Below are positions 20,264 through 29,361 of a stretch of DNA of 32,000 bases, piece after piece; the stretch's first letter is position 1, and every line of letters begins with the position of its first letter. The stretch covers positions 330,001 through 362,000 of the forward strand of contig CP145872.1 in NCBI GenBank assembly GCA_041941795.1, read 5' to 3'. The notes beneath the pieces are model-generated. The model was given only the letters and a program-made list of their open reading frames with translations. It did no database searches and was not told the DNA's origin. Made by a program: the position numbers and the translations under genes. Source of the stretch: Candidatus Saccharimonadota bacterium. Its GTDB lineage: Bacteria; Pseudomonadota; Gammaproteobacteria; Enterobacterales; Enterobacteriaceae.

Positions 20264-21661
20264 CTAAAAAAAGCTCAAAAAACGAGTGACATCATTAACT
20301 ATAGCTATGACCATAACTAACATCAATAAAATTGATCCAATCCGATAACTCAAAATATAATTTTTTTCTGATAACGGAAGGACTTTTAATTTTTCCAGAA
20401 TAATAAACAAAAGATATCCTCCATCTAATCCTGGCACGGGCAATAAATTAATTATTGCAATATTAATACTAATTAAAGCTAGAAATTTTAAATAATAGAG
20501 ACAGCCATATTTGGCATAAATTCCTGCTCCTTGAGCAATCGAAAGAGGACCATTAATATTAGTCACTTTAATATTTCCTATGACTATGTTTTTCATCAGG
20601 CGTATTGTTATCTTAGATAACTGCCATACAGTTTTGGCACCAATAGCAAATGATGTCAAGGGATCATATTTACGAATCATATTTGTATATGGATAATTTA
20701 AGGAAACTACCGACGGAAGAACTCCATAAAAGCCCTGCTCATTATTCCATGGCCATCTCCGAACAGATGCTGGCATGAGAGATAATGATATAATCTTACC
20801 TTGTCGCTTGACTAATAGGATAATTTTATCATGAGTATGATGACGAGAGAAATTTATAAAATTCGACCAGTTTTTAAAAGAGTGATCATTGACTTTAATA
20901 AGTTCATCTCCTATATGAAGTTTTGATTTACTTGCGGTAGAATTAGGGGTTATTGTAGAAACAATAGGTAAAATAATGTAATTATAAGGATGAATACCTA
21001 ATTTTATTAAAATATCTTGTTTATCAGTATTAATTGCAAATTTTTTTAAATTTATATTTTTCGTATTAATCACATCTCCAAAAGATAATACTCTTACTTT
21101 GACTTGAGAACCAATTTGAGAGAGTAAAGCTATCCGAACATCATTCCAATCATGTGTGTCTATATCTGCCACATTTTTAATTTCCATTCCGGGTCTAATA
21201 CCTGCTCTAAATGCTCTTGAATCATGAGTTACTGATCTCACTATAGGACTTATAGTGCTAACTCCAAATACAAATACTAACCAATAGGAAAGGATTGCAA
21301 AAGAAAAATTAGCCATCGGTCCTGCAATGATAATTGCTAAACGCTGTAATAAAGTTTTATTACTAAATAATTGAGAAGCTAGGATGACATTTTTCTGAAC
21401 ATTCCGAGATAATAACCCGGATAAAGATTTTTCATCTTTATGAAACATTTTTACAAATCCCCCTAAGGGAAATAAACTTATTTTATATTCGGTTCCTCTC
21501 CTATCCTTCCAAGACCATAATGTTGATCCAAAACCAATTGAAAAACATTCAATTTTTACTCCCATATATCTAGCTACTAAAAAATGCCCCGATTCATGAA
21601 CAATAATAAGTAAGAAAAATGTAATAATAAAAGCTATCAGACACCATAGTATATCGAACAT
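20264..21661 (-). CDS. rseP: Regulated intramembrane proteolysis zinc metalloprotease RseP
   Basis: 465 aa with the HEXXH motif (VHESGHFLVARYMGV), a PDZ region, and the NLLPVPGLDGG motif. Collinear with E. coli RseP. Its stop lies 7 nt before the bamA ATG. Confidence 0.93.
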   Translation of the reverse strand: MFDILWCLIAFIITFFLLIIVHESGHFLVARYMGVKIECFSIGFGSTLWSWKDRRGTEYKISLFPLGGFVKMFHKDEKSLSGLLSRNVQKNVILASQLFSNKTLLQRLAIIIAGPMANFSFAILSYWLVFVFGVSTISPIVRSVTHDSRAFRAGIRPGMEIKNVADIDTHDWNDVRIALLSQIGSQVKVRVLSFGDVINTKNINLKKFAINTDKQDILIKLGIHPYNYIILPIVSTITPNSTASKSKLHIGDELIKVNDHSFKNWSNFINFSRHHTHDKIILLVKRQGKIISLSLMPASVRRWPWNNEQGFYGVLPSVVSLNYPYTNMIRKYDPLTSFAIGAKTVWQLSKITIRLMKNIVIGNIKVTNINGPLSIAQGAGIYAKYGCLYYLKFLALISINIAIINLLPVPGLDGGYLLFIILEKLKVLPLSEKNYILSYRIGSILLMLVMVIAIVNDVTRFLSFF

Positions 21662-22461
21662 ACATGCCTCTAATTAAAATTTATGTAAAAACAGGAAGAA
21701 AAATAGTTACTAAAGGCCAACTGATGCGATTAAGCAATCTATCTGATTAAGAAATTTTCAATGTCTAAAGAATATTACTTATTTTTCAGTTTTGCTATTT
21801 ATTTCCATTCTATTATAGAAACATTAAAGTAATAAATTTCTTTTATTATCCGCAATGTGATCTGATTTTAGAATTTCCGGGAATCAAACTTAATCTTTAT
21901 GAATAAGAAACTCCTTATATCTTCAATTGATCTAATATTTTTAGATATATTCCAATAAATGGATCTCTGCTATTGCAGCACTTAAGAAATATATAAAAAG
22001 TAGCAGCTAAAAACTTCAAGATGATCTCCATCTCCCCTCAAACGTAGCTAAATACTAATGAATAAAAAATATCAAAATTGATTATCAATCGAGATTGCAG
22101 AATAATTTACCTACTTTTTAAAGAGGTAAAATTATAAATAATTAGCGAAAAGTTTTCATATGAGAGGATAAGAATCATTAATCTTCACCAAATTTACGAT
22201 AGTAAGATCGTTGAGACATTATTCGCTAAGACAATAGCACTAACACAAAGACAGCTATTTATTAGCAAAATGCAGTTTTTTTTCAATATTCATAATGAAA
22301 GATTATGAATCTAAATCTAAAAATCGGGATTTTATATTTAGAATAATAAGCATCCTAGTTTCCTAATGGGGATTGATTTATTCTAGGTGAAAATTAATTT
22401 TTAAAAATTTTATCTCATGTCTCTCTATGGCAACTTTTTTAATGAAGTTAAATTCTATTTA
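21662..22461 (-). pseudogene. cdsA: Degraded phosphatidate cytidylyltransferase (CDP-diglyceride synthase) gene remnant
   Basis: An 800-bp ORF-free spacer sits exactly where cdsA (~0.86 kb in E. coli) lies between uppS and rseP. My hand translation of the minus strand from 21763 gives H*KFLNQIDCLIASVGL**, against the E. coli CdsA C-terminal signature GHGGILDRIDSLTAAVPV. In-frame stops are at 21760-21758, 21712-21710 and 21709-21707. Confidence 0.7.
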
Positions 22462-23184
22462 TTATTCATTGACCACGGTAATAGCTCCAAATCTTCGCTC
22501 TCTTTTAGAATAGATATTTAAGGCAGTTTCAAAAATATTTTCATCAAAATCGGGCCACAGTACATCTGTAAAATATAATTCAGTATAAGCTATTTGCCAC
22601 AACAAAAAATTACTTATTCGGTGTTCTCCTCCAGTTCTAATTACTAAATCTAGAGGTGCTACTGCATTGAGACAAACATATCGTGAGAAAATAGATTCTT
22701 GAATTTGATTAGGCAGTAATTTGCCGGATCGTACTTCTTCAGCAATCTTTTTGATTCCATGGATAATATCCCATCTTCCTCCATAATTGGCAGCCACAGT
22801 TAAAATTAAACCGGTATTTTTTTTAGTTACTGTTTCGGCGTAATGGATCAGCTTTTGGAGATTGTGCGGAAAAATAGTAGTATCTCCAATTATTTTCAAT
22901 TGGATATTATATTTATGCAACAGGGATAATTTTTCCTCTAGTATCAAGAAAAAAAGTTTCATTAATGATCCTACTTCTGTGAGCGGTCTTTTCCAATTTT
23001 CGCTACTAAATGCATAAAGAGTTAGAGCTTCTAATTTATGTTGTACAGCAAATAAGACGGTTCTAATTACAGATTTTATGCCTGCTTGATGACCTCTCAT
23101 GCGTATCATACCCTGACGTCTCGCCCAACGCCCATTTCCATCCATAATAATAGCTACATGTCGAATTTTTTTTTGATTTAGAAT
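22462..23184 (-). CDS. uppS: Ditrans,polycis-undecaprenyl-diphosphate synthase; the 5' end is uncertain (ATT 23184 or CTG 23190 proposed; first ATG at 23145)
   Basis: The track ORF starts at MDGNGRWA, but the in-frame upstream codons read ...NQKKIRHVAII-MDGNGRW. These reproduce the conserved E. coli RHVAIIMDGNGRWA strand. An AAGGA SD sits at 23198-23194. No ATG, GTG or TTG exists in frame upstream of 23145. The rest is collinear with E. coli UppS (ALTLYAFSSENW, RTGGEHRISNFLLWQ). Confidence 0.9.
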   Translation of the reverse strand: MLNQKKIRHVAIIMDGNGRWARRQGMIRMRGHQAGIKSVIRTVLFAVQHKLEALTLYAFSSENWKRPLTEVGSLMKLFFLILEEKLSLLHKYNIQLKIIGDTTIFPHNLQKLIHYAETVTKKNTGLILTVAANYGGRWDIIHGIKKIAEEVRSGKLLPNQIQESIFSRYVCLNAVAPLDLVIRTGGEHRISNFLLWQIAYTELYFTDVLWPDFDENIFETALNIYSKRERRFGAITVVNE

Positions 23185-23225
23185 GAGCAGATATCCTTAG
23201 TATTTTGGTTATAACTAATTAATTT

Positions 23226-24428
23226 TTATATAACAGTAAAACGCGGTAAAAAATTTTTAATGTGTTTACGCGCTAAATGATCTATAGCTATAACTTCTTC
23301 TACATTTGTAGGATCATGACAAGAAAAGGATTCCAAAGCGTACTGATTTATAGCTGGTATAGCTATAAAAGGAACTTTGTTTTTTAAAAATTCACCTACT
23401 GCCATTTCATTAGCGGCATTTAATATTATAGTTGCTACTGATCCTTGATCATAGGCTTCCATTGCTAATTTTAAACACGGATAACGATTAAAATCAGGGG
23501 GCATAAAATTTAATTGATTAATAGATAAAAAATCTAAAGAAATCACACTAGTATTAATACGCTTAGGCCAAGCCATAGCATATGCTATAGGTAATTTCAT
23601 GTCTGGAGATGCTAGTTGCGCAATTATACTTCCATCTATATATCGAACCATTGAATGAATAACTGATTGAGGATGAATTACTATTTCTATTTGTCTCGGA
23701 GGAGCATTAAATAACCAACTGGCCTCAATATATTCAAATCCCTTATTCATCATGGTAGCCGAATCTACTGATATTTTCGGACCCATTTTCCAAGTAGGAT
23801 GATGACATGCCTGCTCTGGGGTAATATGGAACCACTGTTCTAAAGGTAGTGTTCTAAAAGGACCCCCTGAACCCGTAAGAATAATATCTTTTATGCCATG
23901 ATCAGACAGAGATTCTACTCCTAATTTCTTTTGTATTTGTCTCGGGAGAATTTGAAAAATAGCACTATGTTCACTATCAACTGGTAATAATTGTGCTTTT
24001 TCTGAAGAACAGATAGCTTCCATAAAAAAACGTCCACTCATGACTAATGCTTCTTTATTGGCTAATAATACTTGCTTGCCGGCAATAATAGCTGACATGA
24101 TGGGAAGGAGTCCTACCGATCCAACCATGGCTGCCATAACCTGATCTATATCATCTAAAGATGATAATTCACAGGCTGCTTTTTCTCCTACGAGAACTTT
24201 AGTTTTTAAATTTAAATCTTGCAAATTTCTTTGCAGTTCTTTCGCGCTTCTTTCATCATCCATAGCAGCCCAAAGAGGCTTAAATTGCTTGCATTGTTCA
24301 GTCATAAGCGAAATATTTTTTCCTGCCACCAATGCTTTTATAGTAAAGAGATGAGGATTGTCCTGTACTATTTTAAGTGTAGTAGTCCCAACTGAACCTG
24401 TCGAACCGAGAATAGTTAATCGCTTCAT
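23226..24428 (-). CDS. dxr: 1-deoxy-D-xylulose 5-phosphate reductoisomerase
   Basis: 400 aa (MKRLTILGSTGSVGTTTL..., LANKEALV, PVDSEHSAIFQ, SVDSATMMNKG), collinear with E. coli Dxr. Confidence 0.97.
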   Translation of the reverse strand: MKRLTILGSTGSVGTTTLKIVQDNPHLFTIKALVAGKNISLMTEQCKQFKPLWAAMDDERSAKELQRNLQDLNLKTKVLVGEKAACELSSLDDIDQVMAAMVGSVGLLPIMSAIIAGKQVLLANKEALVMSGRFFMEAICSSEKAQLLPVDSEHSAIFQILPRQIQKKLGVESLSDHGIKDIILTGSGGPFRTLPLEQWFHITPEQACHHPTWKMGPKISVDSATMMNKGFEYIEASWLFNAPPRQIEIVIHPQSVIHSMVRYIDGSIIAQLASPDMKLPIAYAMAWPKRINTSVISLDFLSINQLNFMPPDFNRYPCLKLAMEAYDQGSVATIILNAANEMAVGEFLKNKVPFIAIPAINQYALESFSCHDPTNVEEVIAIDHLARKHIKNFLPRFTVI

Positions 24429-24463
24429 AATAAAAGTGTGAAGTATAGATATATACTTCTCAC
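24429..24463 (-). terminator. Candidate intrinsic terminator/attenuator between frr and dxr
   Basis: Stem GTG-t-GAAGTATA / TATACTTC-t-CAC at 24436-24463: 11 bp with one T.T mismatch and a 4-nt loop. On the minus strand it is followed directly by TTTTATT (24435-24429) and then the dxr ATG at 24428. Confidence 0.4.
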
Positions 24464-24536
24464 CTAAATATTTTTAAATAAAATCATTGAAAATATCTCT
24501 AACCTTTTTAATAGGATCCGAAACATAAAAAAATTT

Positions 24537-25094
24537 TTAAAATTTCATTAACTCAGTAAGTTTAGTAGCAAGAATTTGTTCTATTTTTTGTATATATCTA
24601 TCGGTACTCTTTTGGATCTCATTTTGTACAAGATATTCTTCATCTTCGCTAATAGATTTTTCTTTTAATAAACTCTTAAATTTAAGATTAGCATCTCTAC
24701 GCACATTCCGGATACATATTTTACCCTGTTCTGATTCTTTTCGCACTATTTTACTTAAAAAAATACGTCTTTCTTCAGTTAAAATAGGAAAAGAAACTCT
24801 AATTACCGTTCCGGCTGTATTATACTGTATTCCTAGATCGGAAGATTTTAGAGCTTTTTCAATTACTGCCACTAAAGATCGGTCAAAGATCGTGACCACT
24901 AATGTTCTAGAATCTTCTAATCCAATAGTCGAAATTTGACGTAACGTGGTAATGCCTCCATAACATTCAATCTTTAATGATTCCAGAATAGTAGGTGAGA
25001 GGCGACTAGTGCGAATTTTATTTATATTTTTCATAAATACTAAAAAACATTTTTCCATTCGGATAGAAGCATCTTTTTTGATTATTTTAATCAC
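24537..25094 (-). CDS. frr: Ribosome recycling factor
   Basis: 185 aa with a GTG start. KIRTSRLSPTILE, LTEERR and VRNVRRDAN match E. coli Frr, which has the same length. Confidence 0.96.
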   Translation of the reverse strand: MIKIIKKDASIRMEKCFLVFMKNINKIRTSRLSPTILESLKIECYGGITTLRQISTIGLEDSRTLVVTIFDRSLVAVIEKALKSSDLGIQYNTAGTVIRVSFPILTEERRIFLSKIVRKESEQGKICIRNVRRDANLKFKSLLKEKSISEDEEYLVQNEIQKSTDRYIQKIEQILATKLTELMKF

Positions 25095-25140
25095 TTCAGA
25101 CCCCTTTATTGTATTATCTTCCCCAAGTCAAAATACTAGT

Positions 25141-25857
25141 CTATTGAGTGGTAATTAATGTGCCTTCTTCTTGTCCCGAGACTATTCTCTGGAGCACTCC
25201 TATTTTATTGATATTAAATACTCGGATAGGTATGCTATTATCTCGTGCTAAGGTGAAAGCTGCAAAATCCATAATTTGTAGTTCTTTTTTAATTACTTCT
25301 TGATAAGTTATATGTTTATATAGGATGGCATTATGATTTAATACAGGATCACTCGAAAACACTCCCTCCACTTTTGTAGCTTTTAGAATCACATCCGCTC
25401 GAATTTCAATACCACGTAAACACGCTGCAGTATCAGTAGTAAATAGTGCATTCCCGGTTCCCGCCGATAAAATGACTACATAGTTCTTTTGGAGTAAATG
25501 GAGTGCTTTTTCCCTCCTGTAATATTCGCATACTCCAGTTAGAGGAATAGCGGACATCATACAACTTGGGACTGCAATCCTATTAAAAGCTTCTAAGAGT
25601 GCCAAACCATTCATCACAGTAGCTAGCATTCCCATATAATCACTCAACACACGGTCCATTCCTTCTCTAGCTAATTTCTCGCCTCGAAATATATTACCTC
25701 CCCCAATAACAATAGCTACTTGAACTTTGAGAGCTAGTAATTCTTTAATATCCTGCACTATGCGTTCTACTATGCTTTTGTCAATGCCAAAATTTTGAGA
25801 TCCTTGGAGTGCTTCTCCACTTATTTTTAATAAAATACGTTTATAAATTACTTTCAC
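25141..25857 (-). CDS. pyrH: UMP kinase
   Basis: 238 aa with a GTG start preceded by an [35 protein letters not shown] and [23 protein letters not shown] match E. coli PyrH. Confidence 0.96.
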   Translation of the reverse strand: MKVIYKRILLKISGEALQGSQNFGIDKSIVERIVQDIKELLALKVQVAIVIGGGNIFRGEKLAREGMDRVLSDYMGMLATVMNGLALLEAFNRIAVPSCMMSAIPLTGVCEYYRREKALHLLQKNYVVILSAGTGNALFTTDTAACLRGIEIRADVILKATKVEGVFSSDPVLNHNAILYKHITYQEVIKKELQIMDFAAFTLARDNSIPIRVFNINKIGVLQRIVSGQEEGTLITTQ

Positions 25858-25912
25858 TTAATTATCCACCTTTATCCGAAAATGATTATGATCAAATCCA
25901 CTATAGAAGTTA

Positions 25913-26719
25913 TTAAATTTCTTCCCCTACTTCAAAACGACTAAAGTTATTCACTTGAGTATTATTTTCTTTTAACACTTCACTAACTGTTTTAGTGGGT
26001 TCGAAAATAAATTTTTGTTCAGTAAGAGATGATTCGGTTATAAATTTCTGCATTCTTCCGGTAAAAATTTTCTGAGATATTTCTATAGATGGAAAAGTAG
26101 ACTTACTTAAAATAGCCTGCTGAATTTTTTGTTCCCGTTCTAATACCTCCATGGGAATAGATTCGGGTTTTATATAAGCTGGTTTGCAGGCCGTAATATG
26201 CATAGCAATTTTTTTGCCTAACTCTTTTTTATCATTAGTCAATGTTACCATAACACCAATACGTGATCCATGTATATAATATCCTATGCTCTTTTCTTCT
26301 AAAAATGCTAACCGTCGAATCTGAATGCTTTCTCCCATTAAAGTCATTAAAGCAATACGTTGTTTTTCAAATAGAGATTGTAAGATTTTAATGTCTGTAA
26401 TACGTTCAGATAAGGCGGTTGAAATAACATTATTAGCAAATGTTTTAAAATGAACATTATTAGTGACAAAATCAGTTTCACTATTAATTTCTACCATCGC
26501 CCCGAACGAATCTTTAATATTTATTAATATCATTCCTTCTCGAGAAGAAGGAGGAGAAGATTTTTTTGCAGCTGCTGAAAGTCCCATTATTCGCATATGA
26601 TCAATAGCTTTTTCAATGTTGCCTTTTGATTCTATAAGTGCTTTTTTGCATGTCATCATGCCCACTCCAGTCATTTCTCTTAATTTTTTTACCAAAGAAG
26701 CATTAATATCATTAGTCAT
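25913..26719 (-). CDS. tsf: Translation elongation factor Ts
   Basis: 268 aa. The N-terminal UBA-like ASLVKKLREMTGVGMMTCKKAL and the core align to E. coli EF-Ts. It is about 15 aa shorter at the C-terminus. An AGGAG SD lies upstream. Confidence 0.95.
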   Translation of the reverse strand: MTNDINASLVKKLREMTGVGMMTCKKALIESKGNIEKAIDHMRIMGLSAAAKKSSPPSSREGMILINIKDSFGAMVEINSETDFVTNNVHFKTFANNVISTALSERITDIKILQSLFEKQRIALMTLMGESIQIRRLAFLEEKSIGYYIHGSRIGVMVTLTNDKKELGKKIAMHITACKPAYIKPESIPMEVLEREQKIQQAILSKSTFPSIEISQKIFTGRMQKFITESSLTEQKFIFEPTKTVSEVLKENNTQVNNFSRFEVGEEI

Positions 26720-26772
26720 ATTTTTATATTACTCCTATGTTAGATCTCGATCTAAATTTAGAACTTTTCAAA

Positions 26773-27510
26773 TTATACATATTTCGGTTCCGCTTCAATA
26801 AATTGTGGCTCTTCTAGTAACTTTAATTCTTGAGGAATATCTGAGATTAGTGCTCTTACTACAGTATTTAAATAAAAATTTATAGATCGCATAGCATCAT
26901 CATTGCCCGGAATAACAAAATCAATACCATCGGGATCGGAATTAGTATCAACAATCGAAAATATTGGGATTCCTAACTTTTTAGCTTCTAAAATAGCAAT
27001 TCGTTCTAAATTGGCATCAATTATAAAAATTGCATCAGGTAAACCGCCCATGTTTTTAATTCCTCCGATACTGTTTTCCAGTTTTTGGAGTTTTCTAGTG
27101 CACAGGAGAGCTTCTTTTTTAGTTAATTTTTCTAATGTTCCGTCTTTAGATTGAATTTCTAAATCTTTTAATCTCTTAATAGATTGTCGTACCGTTTTCC
27201 AATTAGTCAGCATTCCTCCTAACCAACGTTGATTCACGAAGTATTGATCACATTTTTCGGCAGTTTCTTTAATCCCTTTACTAGCCGCGCGTTTAGTACC
27301 CACAAATAATATTCTTCCTTTATGAGAAAAGATTTTGTGTAATTCCACTAATGCTTCTTGAAATAAAAGCAATGTTTTATCCAGATTAATAATATGAATT
27401 TTGTTACGAACTCCAAAAATATATGATTTCATTTTAGGATTCCAATAACGAGTCTGATGACCAAAATGCACCCCAGCTTTTAGCATTGCATGCATAGAAA
27501 TAGTTACCAT
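26773..27510 (-). CDS. rpsB: 30S ribosomal protein S2
   Basis: 245 aa. [42 protein letters not shown] and [19 protein letters not shown] are nearly identical to E. coli S2. An AGAGG SD lies upstream. Confidence 0.97.
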   Translation of the reverse strand: MVTISMHAMLKAGVHFGHQTRYWNPKMKSYIFGVRNKIHIINLDKTLLLFQEALVELHKIFSHKGRILFVGTKRAASKGIKETAEKCDQYFVNQRWLGGMLTNWKTVRQSIKRLKDLEIQSKDGTLEKLTKKEALLCTRKLQKLENSIGGIKNMGGLPDAIFIIDANLERIAILEAKKLGIPIFSIVDTNSDPDGIDFVIPGNDDAMRSINFYLNTVVRALISDIPQELKLLEEPQFIEAEPKYV

Positions 27511-27569
27511 ATTGACCTCTTTTTTTTAATATTAGTCAAATTTGTTTAAAAAAAACTTGCATACTTATT

Positions 27570-27578
27570 TTTATACCA
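27570..27578 (-). promoter_or_regulatory. Candidate extended -10 promoter element (TGgTATAAA) for rpsB-tsf
   Basis: The minus strand reads TATGGTATAAAAAT, a TGn + TATAAA element about 60 nt upstream of the rpsB ATG. As I recall, E. coli rpsB uses a very similar extended -10 promoter. In DNA this AT-rich a chance match is quite possible. Confidence 0.4.
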
Positions 27579-27682
27579 TACTCTTAAAGAAGACGCTATT
27601 AGCTATTTATTAATCTTTAATAGTAAAGAAAAATTACTTTTATATGTATAATTAATGATAAAAATAACCTTATTTGAAATTT

Positions 27683-28471
27683 ATGGCGATTATAATAAAA
27701 AATAGAAAAGAAATTGCAAAAATTCGCATCGCTAGCAGGCTTGCAGCTGAAGTGCTGGATATTATCAAACCATATGTTCTTCCTGGAATTACTACCGGAC
27801 AATTAGATAAAATTTGTCATACTCATATTGTTCAGAAACAACATGCTTTTTCTGCCTGTTTAGGCTACCGAGGATTTCCAAAATCTATCTGTATTTCCGT
27901 TAATGATGTGGTTTGTCATGGAATACCTAATAATAAACAAGTTCTTCAAACAGGAGATATTGTCAATATCGATGTAACTGTTTTAAAAAATAATTATCAT
28001 GGAGATACATCCACGATGTTTATCGTCGGACACACTTCTGAAACTGGTAAAAAATTATGTGAAGTGACGCAAAAGAGTCTTTATTTAGCTTTGCAGTTAG
28101 TTAAACCTGGAATACGATTACAAACTTTAGGAAAACAAATACAAAAATATGTGGAATCTCAAAATTTCTCTATTGTAAGAGAATACTGTGGACATGGAAT
28201 TGGTAAAAATTTTCATGAAGAACCACAAATTCTACACTACGATGCAGAAGATAATGGGATTATACTTGAACCGGGCATGACTTTTACTATTGAACCTATG
28301 GTTAATGCGGGAGAAGGTAATATTCATCTTATGAAAGATGGGTGGACCGTTAAAACTAACGATGGGAGTTTATCTGCTCAGTATGAGCATACTATAGTAG
28401 TCACAGAACAAGGATGTGAAATTTTAACATGGAGAAAAGATGAGATAATTCCTAGAATTATTACCCATTAA
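27683..28471 (+). CDS. map: Type I methionine aminopeptidase
   Basis: Start at ATG 27683 (MAIIIKNRKEIAKIRIASRLAAEVLD vs E. coli MAISIKTPEDIEKMRVAGRLAAEVLE). Metal-ligand contexts are conserved (DIVNIDVT, HGDTS, CGHGIG, FTIEPM, QYEHT). The track's TTG at 27674 adds 3 residues. Confidence 0.96.
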   Translation: MAIIIKNRKEIAKIRIASRLAAEVLDIIKPYVLPGITTGQLDKICHTHIVQKQHAFSACLGYRGFPKSICISVNDVVCHGIPNNKQVLQTGDIVNIDVTVLKNNYHGDTSTMFIVGHTSETGKKLCEVTQKSLYLALQLVKPGIRLQTLGKQIQKYVESQNFSIVREYCGHGIGKNFHEEPQILHYDAEDNGIILEPGMTFTIEPMVNAGEGNIHLMKDGWTVKTNDGSLSAQYEHTIVVTEQGCEILTWRKDEIIPRIITH

Positions 28472-28524
28472 TCATTATTAAGTGATAATTTATGAACTAT
28501 TTATAAGGTCTCTAAAAAGAGAAA

Positions 28525-29361
28525 ATGATAGATAATAAGATGCAGAATTTAATTACTATAATTGAAGATTCTTTTGAATATCGTAATGATATAACACAAT
28601 TACGCCATTCTGCAGAGCTTCATGAAGCTCTCGATGAAATTATCAATTTATTAGACCAGGGTATACTGAGAGTAGCTGAAAAAATTGGAGAAAAATGGAT
28701 TACTCATTTATGGATTAAAAAGGCAATAATTTTATCTTTTTGTATTTATGATAATCACCTTCTGTCAAATTCGCGCCTCAGATATTATGACAAAATTCCT
28801 TTAAAATTTGAAAATTATAACACTACGGATTTTAGGAACTTAGGAATTCGCGTAGTTCCTCCTGCTACAGTACGTAAAGGATCTTTTATAGCAAAAAATT
28901 CAATATTAATGCCTTCCTATGTAAATATAGGAGCTTTTATTGATGAAGGATCTATGATAGATACATGGTCTACTGTTGGTTCTGGTGCACAAATAGGTAA
29001 AAATGTTCATATCTCTGGGGGAGTAGGGATTGGAGGAGTTTTAGAACCACTCCAGATTACTCCAACCATTATTGAAGATAATTGTTTTATTGGCGCACGT
29101 TCAGAAATTGTTGAAGGTGTCATTGTTGAAAAAGGCACCGTAATATCTATGGGAGTATATATTGGTCAAAGTACTAAGATATATGTTCGTGAAACAGAAA
29201 ATATAATATATGGACGGATACCTGCAGGATCGGTAGTAGTATCCGGTACTTTACCTTCTAAAAATAGTACTCACTCTCTTTATTGTGCAGTTATTGTAAA
29301 AACGGTCGATATAAATACTCGGGATAAAGTTAAAATTAATAAACTGCTACGAAACTTATAA
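28525..29361 (+). CDS. dapD: 2,3,4,5-tetrahydropyridine-2,6-dicarboxylate N-succinyltransferase
   Basis: Collinear with E. coli DapD ([44 protein letters not shown]). The homology-based start would be ATG 28540 (MQNLITIIE vs E. coli MQQLQNIIE). ATG 28525 has an AAGAG just upstream. I cannot decide between the two starts from sequence alone. Confidence 0.95.
   Translation: MIDNKMQNLITIIEDSFEYRNDITQLRHSAELHEALDEIINLLDQGILRVAEKIGEKWITHLWIKKAIILSFCIYDNHLLSNSRLRYYDKIPLKFENYNTTDFRNLGIRVVPPATVRKGSFIAKNSILMPSYVNIGAFIDEGSMIDTWSTVGSGAQIGKNVHISGGVGIGGVLEPLQITPTIIEDNCFIGARSEIVEGVIVEKGTVISMGVYIGQSTKIYVRETENIIYGRIPAGSVVVSGTLPSKNSTHSLYCAVIVKTVDINTRDKVKINKLLRNL

Noticed and set aside
21873-21890. A second CdsA-like peptide in the cdsA scar (S-L-I-P-G-N, against the E. 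coli H-L-I-P-G-H).
   Set aside because: It lies about 127 nt upstream of the better H..ILDRIDSL match, so both cannot represent the same contiguous motif. A four-residue identity is within chance. I kept only the longer, positionally consistent match as evidence.
25862-25870. TTATCCACC, an 8/9 match to the DnaA box consensus TTATCCACA.
   Set aside because: It is a single isolated near-match that coincides with the reverse complement of the pyrH SD (AGGTGGATAA). There is no cluster of boxes and no adjacent AT-rich 13-mers, so it does not indicate an origin.
26616-27154. Two + strand ORFs (26616-26801, 26903-27154).
   Set aside because: They are antisense to tsf/rpsB and to rpsB, so they are shadow frames.
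27617-27802. A 61-aa minus-strand ORF.
   Set aside because: It is antisense across the map start and the rpsB/map promoter spacer, with no homology and no SD.
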